From Desulfarculaceae bacterium (GTDB lineage Bacteria > Desulfobacterota > Desulfarculia > Desulfarculales > Desulfarculaceae): a stretch of 41,478 nucleotides of DNA. The position numbers and the translations under genes were made by a program. The stretch covers positions 1-41,478 of the forward strand of contig JANQFN010000017.1 in the NCBI GenBank assembly GCA_028277825.1, given 5' to 3'. Shown one piece after another: positions 39,533-41,478 of the stretch; position 1 is the first letter of the stretch, and the number at the start of each line of letters is the position of its first letter. The notes under the pieces are model-generated. The model was given only the letters and a program-made list of their open reading frames with translations, did no database searches and was not told where the DNA came from.

Positions 39533-41098
39533 TTAGTATCCTTTATAACGCGCAAAAAGCATAAAAAGAGTCTCTTCCAGCGAGTCTACCAAGAAACCAT
39601 AGTACTTTTGAAACCTGGAATAGTTTATAGGACTCCCATGGGTAGAGTAATGCCTAATTAACTTAGTGACTAGGACATGATTACCCTGTCTGGAGCATGT
39701 TTTCTCTTTATAGTCCTTAAGTATTTCGATCTTTTTAAGAAATGTATCCTGATCTTTTACAGTGTACCCGCCAACCAACCTTCCATAACGGGTATCGTAG
39801 CTTGGGTGAAGTTCTCTAACAATACTCTCGATACCATACTTGCCTAGCCAGGCCTTGCCCAGATATTCTATAGAGATGGCAATATCTTTAATTGCATTCC
39901 AAACCTCATAAGTATTCCAAGGTATCCTCTGGTTCCACATCCTGTATAATTTTAAAAGACAATATAGAGCGCACCCTTGCTCACCGGCAAATTGATCACA
40001 GACTAAATTATCTATTAAATGGTTGGGATATTTCTCTTCCGGTGACAGCCTTCCATTAATATGATCTATTTTATGTTTAAGCAAATGGAGTAGCAAATTG
40101 TTGAAATCAACATGCAATGGGTATAATATATTTTCCAACTCCCCTGTGTATATCCATATGTTATCACTGTAGTCGATATACCTCTTGCTAAATCCTTCTT
40201 CTAGCCATCCCACAGTAGATTCAAAGTTTTCATTTCTTGCCGCCATGCATATTTCAACTGTTGTAGCAAGGGTTTTTTTCACTTCTTCCCTCAATAAGTA
40301 TTTCTCTTTATTTGCATAATCAACGCATATTTCAATTAATTTCAAAAGGAATAGTTTCCACTCACGAGGTGTAGCCTGCTGATAAACACAAAACGCTAGA
40401 CAGTCGTTCCTACCGTTTAATATTTTTCTTACACCTTCCGGAACTTTTCTGTGCTCCACATACATCCAAATTAAATGAAGACGATACAGATACATTGAAA
40501 CTAAAGGAAACATTTTTTGGAAATCATCTAAAAGCTCTAATCTGCGTTTTGTCAACGCACAATTATAATTCAATGCTTGCACAAAATGTACCTTCCAGGG
40601 CGCATAGAATGTACTGGAAGAATCACAACTTATTGCCTGGCTGCTTGAAGAGCGACATGTGACAACATAGCTATCATAAGGGACAAATTTATTCTCTACT
40701 GGCAGAAAAACATAAGGATTGCCACATTTATATGCATATTCTAATGGATGTCCGCACTTCAATAACCTTTCTATATTGGATTCGTCTGGGCAAAATGTTT
40801 CGATATGATGCCGCTCAAGATTGTCGATATCTTCATATTTATTATCAATTATCGGGGTGTCCAGAGGTGATTTTGGTATGAACTCTTTAATTTGTGCCAT
40901 ATACTCAACTGGATAAATAGTACGGAAACAAGGAAAAATTAATTTTTCTTTCTCGAATGCCTCTAGTTGTTTTTTATCGATATTTACGTTGTTTGATTTG
41001 CAATAGTTAATAAATTTGTCCATCTGCATTAAAGGTTCACTGTCTTTTGCTCTTGCGTTGTCTGGAATTTTCAATTGTATATTCGTGTAGTAGCTCAT
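39533..41098 (-). CDS. AT-rich 521-aa hypothetical protein with candidate C-terminal HEPN motif
   Basis: Long ORF in very AT-rich DNA; ATGA overlap with the Mut7-C stop; RHYSTH near the C-terminus. Confidence 0.75.
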   Translation of the reverse strand: MSYYTNIQLKIPDNARAKDSEPLMQMDKFINYCKSNNVNIDKKQLEAFEKEKLIFPCFRTIYPVEYMAQIKEFIPKSPLDTPIIDNKYEDIDNLERHHIETFCPDESNIERLLKCGHPLEYAYKCGNPYVFLPVENKFVPYDSYVVTCRSSSSQAISCDSSSTFYAPWKVHFVQALNYNCALTKRRLELLDDFQKMFPLVSMYLYRLHLIWMYVEHRKVPEGVRKILNGRNDCLAFCVYQQATPREWKLFLLKLIEICVDYANKEKYLLREEVKKTLATTVEICMAARNENFESTVGWLEEGFSKRYIDYSDNIWIYTGELENILYPLHVDFNNLLLHLLKHKIDHINGRLSPEEKYPNHLIDNLVCDQFAGEQGCALYCLLKLYRMWNQRIPWNTYEVWNAIKDIAISIEYLGKAWLGKYGIESIVRELHPSYDTRYGRLVGGYTVKDQDTFLKKIEILKDYKEKTCSRQGNHVLVTKLIRHYSTHGSPINYSRFQKYYGFLVDSLEETLFMLFARYKGY

Positions 41099-41478
41099 TC
41101 GGCCCCCAGTATTGATCTAATAATTATACGCGCCCTCTGGCCATGGCTCCCCGGCCAGAATATTTTTTCACACTCCGAGCATCGTGTGAAGGACTCCGCC
41201 GTATCCAGCACGTAATCCGGCACCAGGCCCGCGGCCTGCTCACGCTCCAATGGCTCCACAGACACATTGCAATCCAGGCAGCGCGTGAAAAGGCGCGCTG
41301 CATCTGGTGTGAGGTTCAGGTCACGCAGGAACTGGCCCAACTGGTCCTCCAAGCGGTCATGTTCTATGAACAATACACTCTTCCTGCCCTTGAGCCGCAG
41401 GCGCCGGGTCAACAGCACCTCGCCCTCGGCCAGGCTGAGACGGGGCCGATCGATCAGCGGGGCGTCATAGCCCAACAG
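41095..41478 (-). CDS. Mut7-C RNase (PIN-like) domain protein (5' end outside the window)
   Basis: LLGYD, VLLTR, FTRCLDCN...VPDYV...RCSECEKIFWPGSH. Confidence 0.88.
   Translation of the reverse strand: MLGYDAPLIDRPRLSLAEGEVLLTRRLRLKGRKSVLFIEHDRLEDQLGQFLRDLNLTPDAARLFTRCLDCNVSVEPLEREQAAGLVPDYVLDTAESFTRCSECEKIFWPGSHGQRARIIIRSILGAE

Overview
GC-rich bacterial chromosome segment. Gene content and order suggest a sulfate-reducing deltaproteobacterium (Desulfobacterota, perhaps Desulfarculales-like); this is an inference. The core is a long minus-strand housekeeping run: xerC-hslV-hslU-argB-argD-argF-argG-argH-FN3 lipoprotein-lysA-dapF-dapA-dapB-FAH-dapL-folK-YHS-fsa-pgsA-tRNA-Gly(GCC)...tRNA-Cys(GCA). 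To its right are marC, a divergent EF-G, mog, DUF296 and Mut7-C; to its left are accessory genes (radical SAM/SPASM, PAS-GGDEF, redoxin, TYW3-like, lipoproteins). Several things are not visible in the ORF track. (1) A DsbA/FrnE selenoprotein with an in-frame UGA (UPWC). (2) Most large intergenic gaps hold a 150-360 bp rod-like imperfect palindrome with purine-rich AAAGAG/AAAAGGG-type ends but divergent interiors, a candidate dispersed element family; one copy carries a nested IS200/IS605-type miniature element. (3) AT-rich single genes with no mobility genes sit cleanly between conserved genes: a DUF3883 nuclease, a pentapeptide-repeat protein and a candidate HEPN protein. The adjacent ends of their neighbours are also AT-shifted, suggesting recombination-swapped defence slots. 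(4) mog probably starts at AUU. (5) A LysR gene plus a deleted C_GCAxxG_C_C remnant lies between tRNA-Gly and tRNA-Cys. All family assignments are by motif recognition and all structures were paired by eye; no searches or folding were run.
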